Part shown: piece by piece, positions 28,864 through 41,732 of the stretch
Layout of the letters: the number at the start of each line of letters is the position of its first letter
How positions within the stretch are numbered: the stretch's first letter is position 1
From: Pseudomonadota bacterium
Lineage (GTDB): Bacteria; Pseudomonadota; Alphaproteobacteria; Paracaedibacterales; CAIOTO01
Length of the DNA stretch: 64,000 bases
Direction of reading: 5' to 3'
Assembly (NCBI GenBank): GCA_040387495.1
Contig: JAZKDQ010000003.1
Location: 1-64,000, forward strand
Notes under the pieces: model-generated
What the model was told of the DNA's origin: nothing
Seen by the model: only the letters and a program-made list of their open reading frames with translations
The model's database searches: none
Made by a program: the position numbers and the translations under genes

Positions 28864-30252
28864 ATGCTTGAGTCATTGAATCAACAAATCTCTGCCCTGT
28901 CAGCTATTGAAATTTACGGCACGGTCTCTGCAATTCAAGGGCTTATTCTAACAGTAGAAATTAAAAATAAAATTGTCAGTGTTGGTTCGCGTTGCGTGAT
29001 TCATCCTAACTCTGATGAAGAGGACTCACATGCACATATAGCCGGTGCAACTGTTAAAGGTGAAGTCGTCGGATTTGAAAATGATCACGTATTAATTATG
29101 CCTTTTGGCTCGGTCATTGGTATTAGTCCTGGCAGCCGTGTTGTTTTTGAACATGGTATAGCAACCATTAGGCCGTCAAAAAGTTGGTGCGGACGTGTGC
29201 TGAATGCATTGGCTGAGCCTATCGATGGAGCGGGAGATCTCGAATCAGGGTTTGAGGAATATCCATTGCAGGCTTCGCCTATTCCAGCAAGCAAGCGCGC
29301 CCGCGTGGTCGATCGTATTGATGTGGGAATTCGTGCTGTAAATACGTTTCTAACATGTTGTAAAGGTCAGCGTTTGGGGATTTTTGCAGGATCTGGCGTT
29401 GGTAAGTCTATGCTTTTGTCAATGTTTGCACGGCACACAGAATGTGATGTATGTGTAATTGGTTTGATTGGTGAGCGTGGTCGTGAAGTAAAAGATTTTA
29501 TTGAAGAGACGTTGGGCGAAGAAGGACTTAAACGAAGTGTCCTTGTGGTTGCTACATCAGATGAATCGCCATTGATGCGCCGCCAAGCAACACACTTAAC
29601 CTTAAGCATTGCCGAATATTTTCGTGATCAAGGTTTATCTGTCTTGTGTTTAATGGATAGTGTTACACGTTTTGCGATGGCGCAACGTGAAATTGGTCTT
29701 TCTGCTGGCGAGCCACCTACCACAAAAGGATATCCACCGAGCACATTTGCTGAATTGCCAAAATTGTTAGAACGTGCAGGGCCCGGTATTGATTATGAAA
29801 ATAATAATGTAATTAGTAAAAATGGTGAGAAGAAAAAGACCGGTTATATTACGGCGTTGTTTACCGTTTTGGTTGACGGCGATGATATGAATGAACCTAT
29901 TGCAGATGCTGTACGTGCGACACTAGACGGGCATATTGTGCTTGATCGTGCTATTGCTGAGCGCGGCCGGTTTCCCGCAATTAACATTTTACGTAGTGTT
30001 TCACGTGCAGTTCCTGCGTGCCATTCTGAAGAAGAACAAAAGATTGTACAGAGTGCACGAACATTTATTTCTACCTATGAAGACATGGCGGATATGATTC
30101 GTTTGGGTGCATATCGTCCTGGTTCTAATGCAGAAGTTGATCGCGCAATTGAACTTTTTCCACACATATCTACCTTTCTAGGGCAACGGAGTGACGATAT
30201 CAGCGGCGTTGAAGAATCTTTTTCTCGATTAAAATCAATTTTATCTAATTAA
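28864..30252 (+). CDS. fliI: Flagellar export ATPase FliI
   Basis: GQRLGIFAGSGVGKS, IGERGREV, MDSVTRFAMAQREIGL, VLVDGDDMNEP, IRLGAYRPG. Confidence 0.93.
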   Translation: MLESLNQQISALSAIEIYGTVSAIQGLILTVEIKNKIVSVGSRCVIHPNSDEEDSHAHIAGATVKGEVVGFENDHVLIMPFGSVIGISPGSRVVFEHGIATIRPSKSWCGRVLNALAEPIDGAGDLESGFEEYPLQASPIPASKRARVVDRIDVGIRAVNTFLTCCKGQRLGIFAGSGVGKSMLLSMFARHTECDVCVIGLIGERGREVKDFIEETLGEEGLKRSVLVVATSDESPLMRRQATHLTLSIAEYFRDQGLSVLCLMDSVTRFAMAQREIGLSAGEPPTTKGYPPSTFAELPKLLERAGPGIDYENNNVISKNGEKKKTGYITALFTVLVDGDDMNEPIADAVRATLDGHIVLDRAIAERGRFPAINILRSVSRAVPACHSEEEQKIVQSARTFISTYEDMADMIRLGAYRPGSNAEVDRAIELFPHISTFLGQRSDDISGVEESFSRLKSILSN

Positions 30253-30386
30253 TTGGTTTTGATTGTTCTTTACTTAACGTGTCTCTATCTTAGCATATAT
30301 GAATTTAGGATTGACAAAACGTCTAAATATGATTAACGTTGGCCACATCGAGAGAAACATCTAAAAAGAGAGTGTAGATCCGTAAA

Positions 30387-30944
30387 ATGTTTATTCAAAC
30401 ACAAGAAACACCTAACCCAGAAAGCCTTAAATTTATACCAGGTCGAACGGTAATTGGTGATCACGAACCACTTTCTTTTGACGCTAATGATTTATGCGAG
30501 AACTCACCTTTTGCTAAGCGGTTGTTGAGTGCTAATGGCGTTGAAGGTGTCTTTTTTGGTGCTGACTTTATAACAATCACTAAAGATCAAACAAAAGATT
30601 GGTTCGTTGTAAAGCCTCATGTTTTAGGCATTATAATGGAACACTTCGTTAATGATTTGCCTGTTATCATAAGCCATGACAAGAGTTTAGATATAGGTGA
30701 AGAATCGTCTGATCCAGTCTTTAAGCAAATACAAGAAATTATAGATACACGTGTTCGTCCAGCAGTAGCTAACGATGGCGGCGATATTGTTCTTCATTCT
30801 TTTGTTGACGGAATTGTGTATTTAAAAATGAAAGGCGCTTGTTCGGGGTGTCCTAGTTCCACAGTAACGTTAAAATCAGGTATCGAAAATATGCTGAAGT
30901 TCTACGTTCCTGAAGTAATAGAGGTACAACAAATCAATGATTAA
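30387..30944 (+). CDS. NifU/Nfu-type Fe-S cluster carrier
   Basis: MFIQTQETPNPESLKF, VRPAVANDGGD, GACSGCPSS. Confidence 0.95.
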   Translation: MFIQTQETPNPESLKFIPGRTVIGDHEPLSFDANDLCENSPFAKRLLSANGVEGVFFGADFITITKDQTKDWFVVKPHVLGIIMEHFVNDLPVIISHDKSLDIGEESSDPVFKQIQEIIDTRVRPAVANDGGDIVLHSFVDGIVYLKMKGACSGCPSSTVTLKSGIENMLKFYVPEVIEVQQIND

Positions 30945-31566
30945 ACGTATAATAACGATGACTTTTCTTGGTTTTGCTACACTCAGTTTTCCTATTAAAG
31001 CGAACCCACTGCCAAAAATCAAAAGAGCAAATACGAACGATAATGACTCTCTCGCTCATTCTACAGATTGTTCTGAGATTATTAGTCAAATTGAAACAGA
31101 ATATAATATCCCTAAGAATTTATTAGCTGCTGTTGCTATGGTTGAGTCCGGGCAAAAGCCATATGCAGTACACTCATGTGGGCGCGCATTCTATTTTAAA
31201 TCACACGCAGATGCAGTAAAATATGTGACTGATCAAGTGCAAAAGGGCGAAAACCTTTATTTGGGTACAATGCAAATTTGTTTTAAAAGTCATCGAAAAG
31301 AACTGAAGTCAATTGAACATGCGTTGAATCCTTATAATAACATTCGTTTTGCTGGAAAGCTGCTGAAGTCTTTATATAAGAAACATGGTACCTGGTTTGA
31401 TGCTGTTAAGTATTATAATGCATCAACGCGTCGTGTGGCTTATACAAAACGTGTTATGGCTATTTGGGGTGGTCGTGATAAGTTGGAATCTCTTGCAAAC
31501 CTTCAAGCTGCTAATAAAAAAATACGTGTGGCTTTCGGACCTGGTGTAGGAATACATTCTAAGTAA
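30937..31566 (+). CDS. Lytic transglycosylase (SLT domain) protein
   Basis: Signal peptide; LLAAVAMVESG (catalytic Glu), GTMQI, AVKYYNA. Confidence 0.85.
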   Translation: MIKRIITMTFLGFATLSFPIKANPLPKIKRANTNDNDSLAHSTDCSEIISQIETEYNIPKNLLAAVAMVESGQKPYAVHSCGRAFYFKSHADAVKYVTDQVQKGENLYLGTMQICFKSHRKELKSIEHALNPYNNIRFAGKLLKSLYKKHGTWFDAVKYYNASTRRVAYTKRVMAIWGGRDKLESLANLQAANKKIRVAFGPGVGIHSK

Positions 31567-31711
31567 GAATTATATCTAGTCAAATCATTTTTCATTATCT
31601 TAGATTTGTCAACCTCGGCATTGCCGAAAGCCTGAAGGTGACAACTTAAAAGTAGTGTGCAATGATTGAGAGTATTAGATCTAATTAATTCGTAGCACTT
31701 CGGAGTCCTTT

Positions 31712-32302
31712 ATGTCCCACTCACTTGACACAGCAGCCCTTAATCAAATTTTCACACAAGCAAAAACACATTCTCATTGGTTAAACAAAGATGTTTCTGA
31801 CACGTTGTTGTCAGAAATCTATGACTTATGCAAGATGGCGCCTACCAGTGCTAATTGCCAGCCAATTCGCATTGTGTTTGTAAAATCTCAAGATGCAAAA
31901 GAAAAACTGCGCCCGTGTCTTTTTCAGGGTAATCTTGAAAAAACAATGGCAGCCCCAGTGACGGCAATTTTTGCGTATGATATGGAATTTTATACTAAAC
32001 TTGATGTGACTTTTCCGCATGTAGATGCTAAGCCGTGGTTCACGCAGAATGAAAGCGATACATTTACCCATGCCTTTCGTAATGGCACATTGCAAGCTGC
32101 TTATTTTATGTTAGCGGCACGCGCAAAGGGATTAGATTGTGGGCCAATGTCTGGTTTTAACACATCGCTGGTCGATGAGGTGTTTTTAGCAGGCACAAAG
32201 TACCGTTCAAATTTCTTATGTAATTTGGGATACGGTGACGAGTCCCAAGCCTATGATCGCTTGCCACGATTGCCATTTACTGAAACGTGCACCATTGTTT
32301 GA
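31712..32302 (+). CDS. Nitroreductase family protein, RutE-like malonic semialdehyde reductase
   Basis: PTSANCQPIRIVFV, RNGTLQAAY, GLDCGPMSGF, NLGYGD, RLPRLPF. Confidence 0.9.
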   Translation: MSHSLDTAALNQIFTQAKTHSHWLNKDVSDTLLSEIYDLCKMAPTSANCQPIRIVFVKSQDAKEKLRPCLFQGNLEKTMAAPVTAIFAYDMEFYTKLDVTFPHVDAKPWFTQNESDTFTHAFRNGTLQAAYFMLAARAKGLDCGPMSGFNTSLVDEVFLAGTKYRSNFLCNLGYGDESQAYDRLPRLPFTETCTIV

Positions 32303-32303
32303 T

Positions 32304-34229
32304 CTAAACGTTTAGCTCCGCCAACCCTCGGAACGCCTCTAGGCTTTCAGGATTGGCGAGTGCAGCAAGATTCGTATTTTCAATTCCATGAATAACATTC
32401 CGAACAGCGATTTCAGCAAGCTTTCCATTTTTTGTGCGCGGTAAATCAGTTACGTGAATAATCTTCGCTGGTACATGGCGCGGAGTTGTTTCATTTCGTA
32501 TTTGAGCTTTAATCTGCCCTATTAAAACATTATCTAATATGACACCTGGCTTTAACATTACAAATAAAATAATTCGAATATCATCCTGCCATTCTTGGCC
32601 TACAGCAAGTGATTCAATCACGGTAGCAATTTGCTCAACCTGCCGATAAATCTCGGCTGTGCCAATACGCACTCCACCTGGGTTCAAAACAGTATCAGAT
32701 CTTCCATGAATGATATATCCGCCGTGTGTTGTGTGTTCAATGCGGTCGCCATGGTGCCATACATTATCGAAACGAGCAAAATATGAATTATGATATTTTT
32801 GATTTTCTGGATCATTCCAAAAGCCAATGGGTTGGCTCGGGAAAGGAACGGTGCATACAAGTTCGCCCTGTATGCCGTTTGACACATTAATGCCATCATC
32901 ATCAAAGACTTCAATTTGGTAACCAAGGCCTGCACATTGTTATTCGCCACGATAAACAGGTTGCATGAGATTACCAATTAAAAAGCATGAAACGATATCC
33001 GTTCCTCCAGCGATAGAAGCTAGGTGCACGTCTGGCTTGATAATGTTATAAACGTAATTAAAAGTTTCTGGCGAAAGCGGAGAGCCAGTTGATGTAATAG
33101 TGCGCAGTCTAGGTAAATTATGGTTCGTCGTGAAATTCATCTTTTGCAAAGAATTTAAGTATTTTGCCGACGTACCAAAAAGCGTAATTCCAACATCCTG
33201 TGCCATATCTAGCAACACACCTGGTGTTGGATGCATTGGTGAACCCTCAAATAACATGAGACTAGCGTTTGACGCCAACGCACTCACTAGCCAATTCCAC
33301 ATCATCAATCCGCAGGTTGTGTAGTAGAAGACGGTGTCACCTGGTTTAACGTTGCACTGCAACTGATGTTCTTTCATATGTTGAATCAGCGTGCCACCAG
33401 CGCTATGAATGATGCATTTTGGTGTGCCTGTCGTGCCAGAGGAAAATAGAATCAGTAGAGGATGGTTAAAAGGAAAGCGTTCAAAGACAAGCGGTTTTGA
33501 GGTGAAAGTTTTAAGGATAGTCTTGTAACAGATGAATTCAACAGGTATGGGTGTCGTTTTAAGATAAGGGACAATGATTACTGCTTTGATACTTGGAATA
33601 TGCTTTTGTATCGCTGGGATTTTGTCGAGCAAATCGTGAGTTTTACCAGCATAGGTATACCCATCAACGCTGATGAGTATCTTTGGCGTGATTTGCGCGA
33701 ATCGATCACATACACTTTGTGTGCCAAAATCGGGTGAGCATGATGACCATATGGCACCGATACTAGCGGTTGCGATCATGGCAATAATAGTTTCTGGGAT
33801 GTTGGGAAGGTATCCTGCTACACGGTCACCAGAGGTTACACCATTTGCAGTTAAGAATTGAGCCATGCTACTGACTTGCGCGTGTAAATCATCAAATGAT
33901 AGTGCTCGATTTTCTAATGATTCATTCCAAAACGTAATAGCCGTATCGATGCCTGCTCTGCGGAGTAAATTTTCCGCAACATTAAGTTTACTGTGTTCAA
34001 AAAAGCGTATGGATTCCATAGGCAAGTCGTGCGTGCAAGTAACGCCAATACGGTCACCAATGATTCCACAAAAATCCCATACGTTATCCCAGAATTCGCT
34101 GGTGTTGTCGCACGACCATTTATGGAGGGCAGGGTAGGTGCTGTGACCGACTTGTTTTGCAAATGCATTGATCAATGATGACTCCCGATCTGTGTGTGAT
34201 GGTGTCCAGAGAGGATCTTCATTTTTCAT
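32304..34229 (-). pseudogene. Acetoacetyl-CoA synthetase interrupted by one in-frame TAA
   Basis: WSSCSPDFG, SSGTTGTPKCIIH, HGRSDTVLNPGGVRIGTAEIY; reads PVYRGE*QCAGLG with TAA at 32940-32942 and the same frame continues. Confidence 0.88.
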
Positions 34230-34301
34230 GTATTTATTCTAATTTTTAACTATGTGCTTTAAGCATGTGAAAACGTATGCGATTGGTCAAGTGAAAAATT
34301 A

Positions 34302-35602
34302 CTACCTCACTACTAGTAATTCATCCCATCTGGTCGTATAACGCGGACTTCGGTTGCTTTGCCGCGTATGGTAACGAGGGTTGATCCCACTTGATGCCCA
34401 AAATAAAGTATTCTTCCCGTGGCGTTGATTAAGTGTATCAATAGCTTGATTCAGCTTTTTCGACTGCTCAGTTGTTTTTGATGTTTTTTGTGGGGGAGCA
34501 AACAACTTCTTTTGATGAAGTGTTCCATCGCTAATTAAATCAAGTGCATGGATGCCTGCTGATTGATAGATGTGCCCTGGTTGGAAAGCTACGCGTAGTG
34601 CATGTAAAGCGCCTTTTATCAGTATTGACGTATCATTTGTTGGTGTGTCAAAAGCGATTACCCCGATTCCTTTATAGGGCGTGCTTCCTGAATATAGGCT
34701 GGTTTTACAAAAAACAGAGAGGGTCGGTGTGAGCAATTTTCGTTGCCTCAGTTGTTCACCAAGCCGGGTTGCATGCGCGGATATTGCCTCTGCGATATCA
34801 TCAAATTCTCTAAGTCTGACACCAAAACTACGTGTGACCTGAATGCTTTTTTTGTCAGTTTCTTCTCCACTTTCATAACATGAAATGCCTTGCAATTCGC
34901 GCACCAGACGTTCGCCACTAAGACCCATTACTTTTCGTGCCCATATGGGGTCTTTGATGTAAAGATCATATGCTGTGTACATGCCAAGTTTTTTAAGTTT
35001 AGGTGTTAATGCGCGTCCAACTCCCCATATAGCGGATAGATCTGTAGCCTGTAAGGCGCTGTTTATTTCAGGTTGAGTTGCTATCAAAACATGCGCTTTT
35101 TGTTGTTTCTTGGAGATCGATTTGCTATCTTTGCCAGTGTCTTGGTAGGTGCGATTCCGATTGTAATGGGAATGCCAATGTATTTTAAGATAGTGTCATA
35201 GATGGACTCCGCAAAGAGAGCATAATCATTAATTGGCAAGCGTGATATGTCTAAAAATGCTTCGTCAATAGAGTAGATGTCAACATCAGGTGTGAAGCTT
35301 TGTAAAATGTGCATCATGCGATTGCTTAAATCACCATAGAGTTCAAAATTACATGATAAGGTTTTAATGTCATGCAGTTTGATAAGGTGAGCAAAAGTAT
35401 GTAAAGGGGCGCCCATGACAATGCCGAGCGCTTTGGCTTCATTGCTGCGTGCAATAGCACACCCATCATTACTGGAAAGAACAATAACAGGCTTGTTGTT
35501 TAAGCTAGGATTAAATACACGTTCACAACTGACGAAAAAATTATTTCCATCAATAAGCGCGAACAAAGTTGGAGCGTTAATTGCGCAAACTGTGAATGAC
35601 AT
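34302..35602 (-). pseudogene. umuC: DNA polymerase V catalytic subunit UmuC, frameshifted near 35117
   Basis: DGNNFFVSCERVF, YSIDEAFLD, TKTLAKIAN, then a frame change to SKKQQKAHVLIATQ...IWGVGR...SPRYTTRWDEL. Confidence 0.9.
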
Positions 35603-36248
35603 TGGTAACGACTCCCCAAAGGCTAACCGCCATGTCTTCTGTCAATTCAATGTTTGAAAATGCAGGGTTTTCTGCTTGCAAGATCGTTCTGCCATTATTG
35701 TGTATAAGTCGTTTTACGGTTAAATCACCATCAACAGCGGCAATGACAATATCATTGTTTTTAGCAATAATTGAGCGATCAACAACCAATAGATCGCCGT
35801 CATTAATACCAGCATTGAGCATGGACTCACCAGAGGTGCGCACAAAGAATGTTGAGGGAGCGTTTTGTACGAGATGCTTGTTTAAATCCATGGTAAGACC
35901 AAATCTGTCATCCGCAGGAGAGGGAAAACCCGCTGATACGCTGCAGTCATAAAAAGGCATAGCAAGCAAGGAGGGAGAAGGTGCCGGTAATAAAATATTA
36001 GTAAAGGCATCCGATTTCAAGGGTGTTCCACTGCGATTATGTGTGGTGAAAGGAAAGGGGGATTTTTCTTCCGTATGCGAATTTTCTGCAATTTCATTCA
36101 GCCATGTGGTAAGTGTTGCGACATAGCTTTTTGGCACACGGATTGCTTTGGTGGGTTCTTTGAATTTACCTGAGTTTTGCTTGCGTCCTGCGCCTTCGCG
36201 TTTTCCACCGGCTGACGACTTTTTATGTGTATTTTTTTTATCAGTCAT
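35577..36248 (-). CDS. umuD: UmuD (S24 peptidase) with UmuDAb-like N-terminal extension; start ATG 36248
   Basis: VSAGFPSPA cleavage site, SGESM (Ser), TVKRL (Lys); N-terminal GGKREGAGRK...EPTKAIRVP. Confidence 0.9.
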   Translation of the reverse strand: MTDKKNTHKKSSAGGKREGAGRKQNSGKFKEPTKAIRVPKSYVATLTTWLNEIAENSHTEEKSPFPFTTHNRSGTPLKSDAFTNILLPAPSPSLLAMPFYDCSVSAGFPSPADDRFGLTMDLNKHLVQNAPSTFFVRTSGESMLNAGINDGDLLVVDRSIIAKNNDIVIAAVDGDLTVKRLIHNNGRTILQAENPAFSNIELTEDMAVSLWGVVTNVIHSLRN

Positions 36249-36271
36249 GAGGGAGCATCTTTTTTTGATTC

Positions 36272-36310
36272 TTGTACGGTAACTATGCTTTTTTTCTGTA
36301 CAAAAATCAA
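36272..36310 (-). promoter_or_regulatory. Putative sigma70 promoter of umuD overlapped by an inverted repeat
   Basis: Minus strand TTGATT-N17-CATAGT; plus strand TTGTACGG-N16-CTGTACAA. Confidence 0.5.
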
Positions 36311-36324
36311 GTGGAAAAGTCAGG

Positions 36325-36745
36325 TCATGTGCCTTTCTTTTGTTTCTTGATTTCTGCATTAACAGCTTCAAGTTGGTCAATCACATTTTTTAACATTGAT
36401 AATCCTTGCTGCAAGAAATTCGGATCGGTTGCATCTAACCCAAAAGGCGCTAGTAATTCCTTATGACGTTTCGAACACCCGCACGCAATAGATCAAGATA
36501 TTTCTTATCAAAACCTTCTGGATTTTTTGATGAATCGCATAGGGTGAATTCACTAAAAAATCCGCAAAAGCATACGAGTATACATAAAATAGTGAATGTA
36601 TAAAGTGGGGGGCATGCGCCCAAAAGCTCTCTACCGTTTTGTCTATACGCACAGATGGTCCAGGTGCTTCTTTTTGTGTATTTATGCAAATCTTATTTAA
36701 ATCTTCTATTTTAAGTTTGCCTTCTCGGCGTTTTTTATGAACCAA
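36325..36745 (-). pseudogene. pepF: C-terminal remnant of oligoendopeptidase F (M3B) with two frameshifts
   Basis: Joined frames give VHKKRREG...FWAHAPHFIHSLFYVYSYAF...KYLDLLRAG/SKRHKELLAPFGLDATDPNFLQQGL; no N-terminal part upstream. Confidence 0.82.
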
Positions 36746-37079
36746 CTGGTTGCTAGTTTCTATCCTTCATGAACCCGCAGTTTTACTGTGTTTTCAAGAT
36801 ACTCATGCAAAGGTCTCCCTGTACACCCCGTGCTCTTTATGTATCATCAGAGGATTGAATTGCCTGAAAGGCCGAAAAAACAAAAATCACAAAATATAAA
36901 TAAAAACAACATTTTAAAATTATTATATAAACATGATCACATCGAATTAATATTATAGTAAAATGAAAATCGTCAATTTTTCCATTTACTCCCACCACAC
37001 CACCTCAATAACACGAAAGTCTTGGCATAGAATCGCTCACTATGTTAACGTATTTTTAGATAAATACTAGGCAAGTCCG

Positions 37080-38273
37080 ATGGGTCAAGAAAAAGTAATT
37101 ACAGCTCCCACAATGGCAGAAGCACTGGCTAAAGTTCGTCGCGAATTAGGGCGTGATGCTCTTATTTTAAATCATGAAGAATCTGACGGGAATGTCCGCA
37201 TCACTGCACGATCGGACAAAACTGAACCTGTAGCTACTGCTAAAAACGAATCGCACAACTTTAATGATGTTAAACCAGATGACAAACAAGCTGCGATTCC
37301 CAGCTGGATAAGACCATTGTCACCTCCAAGTAAAATACAAGACCATACGTCTCAACCTGTGTCGACGCAATCAACTCACCCCTGCTCCTCCTCACTTGAA
37401 TCAACAAATATCTCGAAATCGTTTGACCGCGTAAGTGACGACCAAAAGCCAGGTCAACTTAACATACCAACTAAACGAGGTGATTTTAAAAAGCTTATTA
37501 ACCCAGCGTCTTCTTTTGATGGGACATTGTCTGCTATTAGCGCCGTTTGTGATTTATGTGAATTTCATCAATTAGGTGACTCATTAGGTGAAGCATGGCT
37601 GCGAGCGATGAATCCAGAATTCACACAGGCACCCATCCAGCTCATACCGGCACTTGATCGCGTAATACCAACAAATCCCAATTGGCTAAGTGAATTAACG
37701 ATTAAAAAGCAAGCCGTACTCGTTGGGCCACCTGGTTCTGGAAAAACAGTTACAATTGCAAAACTAGCGGCTATGTTACTCGAGCAAGGAAAGAAAGTTC
37801 GTGTCATAACGCTTGATACGATAAAAGCCTCAGGTGCATGGCAACTTGAAGAGTATTTAAAACCACTTGGCTTACAACTTTATGTCGGTTCTGAATATCT
37901 TCCAGTCGCACGTCCTAAAGAAATTATCTTGATCGACACCCCTGCACTCAATATTAATCTGCCTCGTAACCAAGAGTATCTTAAGAATCTTAGAACAAGA
38001 ATAAGTATACCCTTCACGCTCGTACTGCCAGCTGACATGAACCCCATAGAAGCTGAAGAAATAGCACAATCTTATTTGCAGGTTGATACAGAAACCCTCA
38101 TTGTTACTCGCTTGGAACTATCAAAACGATGCGGTGTCCCCTTGCGCGTAGCCTATCAAGGCCTTAAACTTACGCTAGTATCAAAAAGCCCCGAACTCGT
38201 GGAAGGACTGCAATGCGCAACGCCAGAAATTATGCTCGAGAAAATGCTTGCTGCGTGCGAGATTTCCTTATGA
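37080..38273 (+). CDS. flhF: FlhF-like SRP-family GTPase (divergent)
   Basis: N-terminal APTMAEALAKVRRELGRDALIL; LVGPPGSGKTVTIAKLAA; ITLDT; LIDTP. Confidence 0.8.
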   Translation: MGQEKVITAPTMAEALAKVRRELGRDALILNHEESDGNVRITARSDKTEPVATAKNESHNFNDVKPDDKQAAIPSWIRPLSPPSKIQDHTSQPVSTQSTHPCSSSLESTNISKSFDRVSDDQKPGQLNIPTKRGDFKKLINPASSFDGTLSAISAVCDLCEFHQLGDSLGEAWLRAMNPEFTQAPIQLIPALDRVIPTNPNWLSELTIKKQAVLVGPPGSGKTVTIAKLAAMLLEQGKKVRVITLDTIKASGAWQLEEYLKPLGLQLYVGSEYLPVARPKEIILIDTPALNINLPRNQEYLKNLRTRISIPFTLVLPADMNPIEAEEIAQSYLQVDTETLIVTRLELSKRCGVPLRVAYQGLKLTLVSKSPELVEGLQCATPEIMLEKMLAACEISL

Positions 38274-39058
38274 GACATGTAAAGTTTAACAAAATAGCAA
38301 CAGCATTACTGCTCATGCAAATACCTCTAATGGCAGCAACAGGCCAACCGAAGCCTTGGCAAATGAATTTTCAAGAAGCAGCGACGCCTATGATGGCTGG
38401 TATTGCTGAGATGCATAATCTTTTACTTGTCATCATTGCAGTTATAGCCATCATTGTCGGATGCTTAATGACGTATGTAATTTGGCGTTTTCGCGCCTCT
38501 AAAAATCCAATTCCAAGTACAACGACACACAACACAATACTGGAAATCGCATGGACATTTATTCCTGTTATTGTCGTTGTCATGATTACAATTCCATCTG
38601 TAAAGCTCATGTATGAAATGGAAAAACCTCATGATCCTGACATGACCGTTAAAATCATTGGCAAGCAATGGTATTGGACATATGAATATCCTTTCAAAGA
38701 AGGAAAAACGCTAAGTTTTGATAGTCGCATGATCGAAACAAAAGATCTAAAAAAAGATCAGCTACGCTTGCTTGAAGTAGATAATCGCATGGTTGTTCCT
38801 GTTGGCACAACAGTACAGCTCATTATCACGGCTGGTGATGTTTTACATAGCTTTGCAGTGCCGTCCCTTGGTATAAAAAAAGATGCTGTTCCCGGCCGCA
38901 TTAATGAAACATGGTTACGTATCGAGAAAGAAGGCGTATACTATGGGCAATGCTCTGAATTATGTGGCATCAATCATGGTTTTATGCCAATCGCTGTGCA
39001 TGCTGTAAGCAAAGCAGACTACGCAGCATGGCTCACTAAAATGAACCATGGGCATTAA
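38270..39058 (+). CDS. coxB: Cytochrome c oxidase subunit II (start ATG 38270, ATGA overlap with flhF)
   Basis: FQEAATP, LEIAWT, GKQWYWTYEY, DVLHSF, CuA motif CSELCGINHGFM. Confidence 0.97.
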   Translation: MRHVKFNKIATALLLMQIPLMAATGQPKPWQMNFQEAATPMMAGIAEMHNLLLVIIAVIAIIVGCLMTYVIWRFRASKNPIPSTTTHNTILEIAWTFIPVIVVVMITIPSVKLMYEMEKPHDPDMTVKIIGKQWYWTYEYPFKEGKTLSFDSRMIETKDLKKDQLRLLEVDNRMVVPVGTTVQLIITAGDVLHSFAVPSLGIKKDAVPGRINETWLRIEKEGVYYGQCSELCGINHGFMPIAVHAVSKADYAAWLTKMNHGH

Positions 39059-39085
39059 TTTTCACACGCATTTAGCTCACTTTAA

Positions 39086-41589
<2,504 letters not shown>

Positions 41590-41732
41590 AGTGTACAATA
41601 TACATCGGTAACATAATTCTGCTCTTTGATTATTTCCTTTGTTTTTTTCACCTTTAGCTTATAGTGAATTTCTGCTATCACTAATATCAATTAAAGAGAT
41701 GCTCGAATTAATCTAATGAAAAGGATATCCTT

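Noticed and set aside
37022..37037. Sigma54 promoter TTGGCATAGAATCGCT before flhF
   Set aside because: GG-to-GC spacing is 9 nt rather than the required 10
36750..37080. dif site at the composition switch
   Set aside because: No 11-6-11 XerC/XerD arrangement found by eye; CTATGTTAACG near 37040 lacks a matching XerC arm
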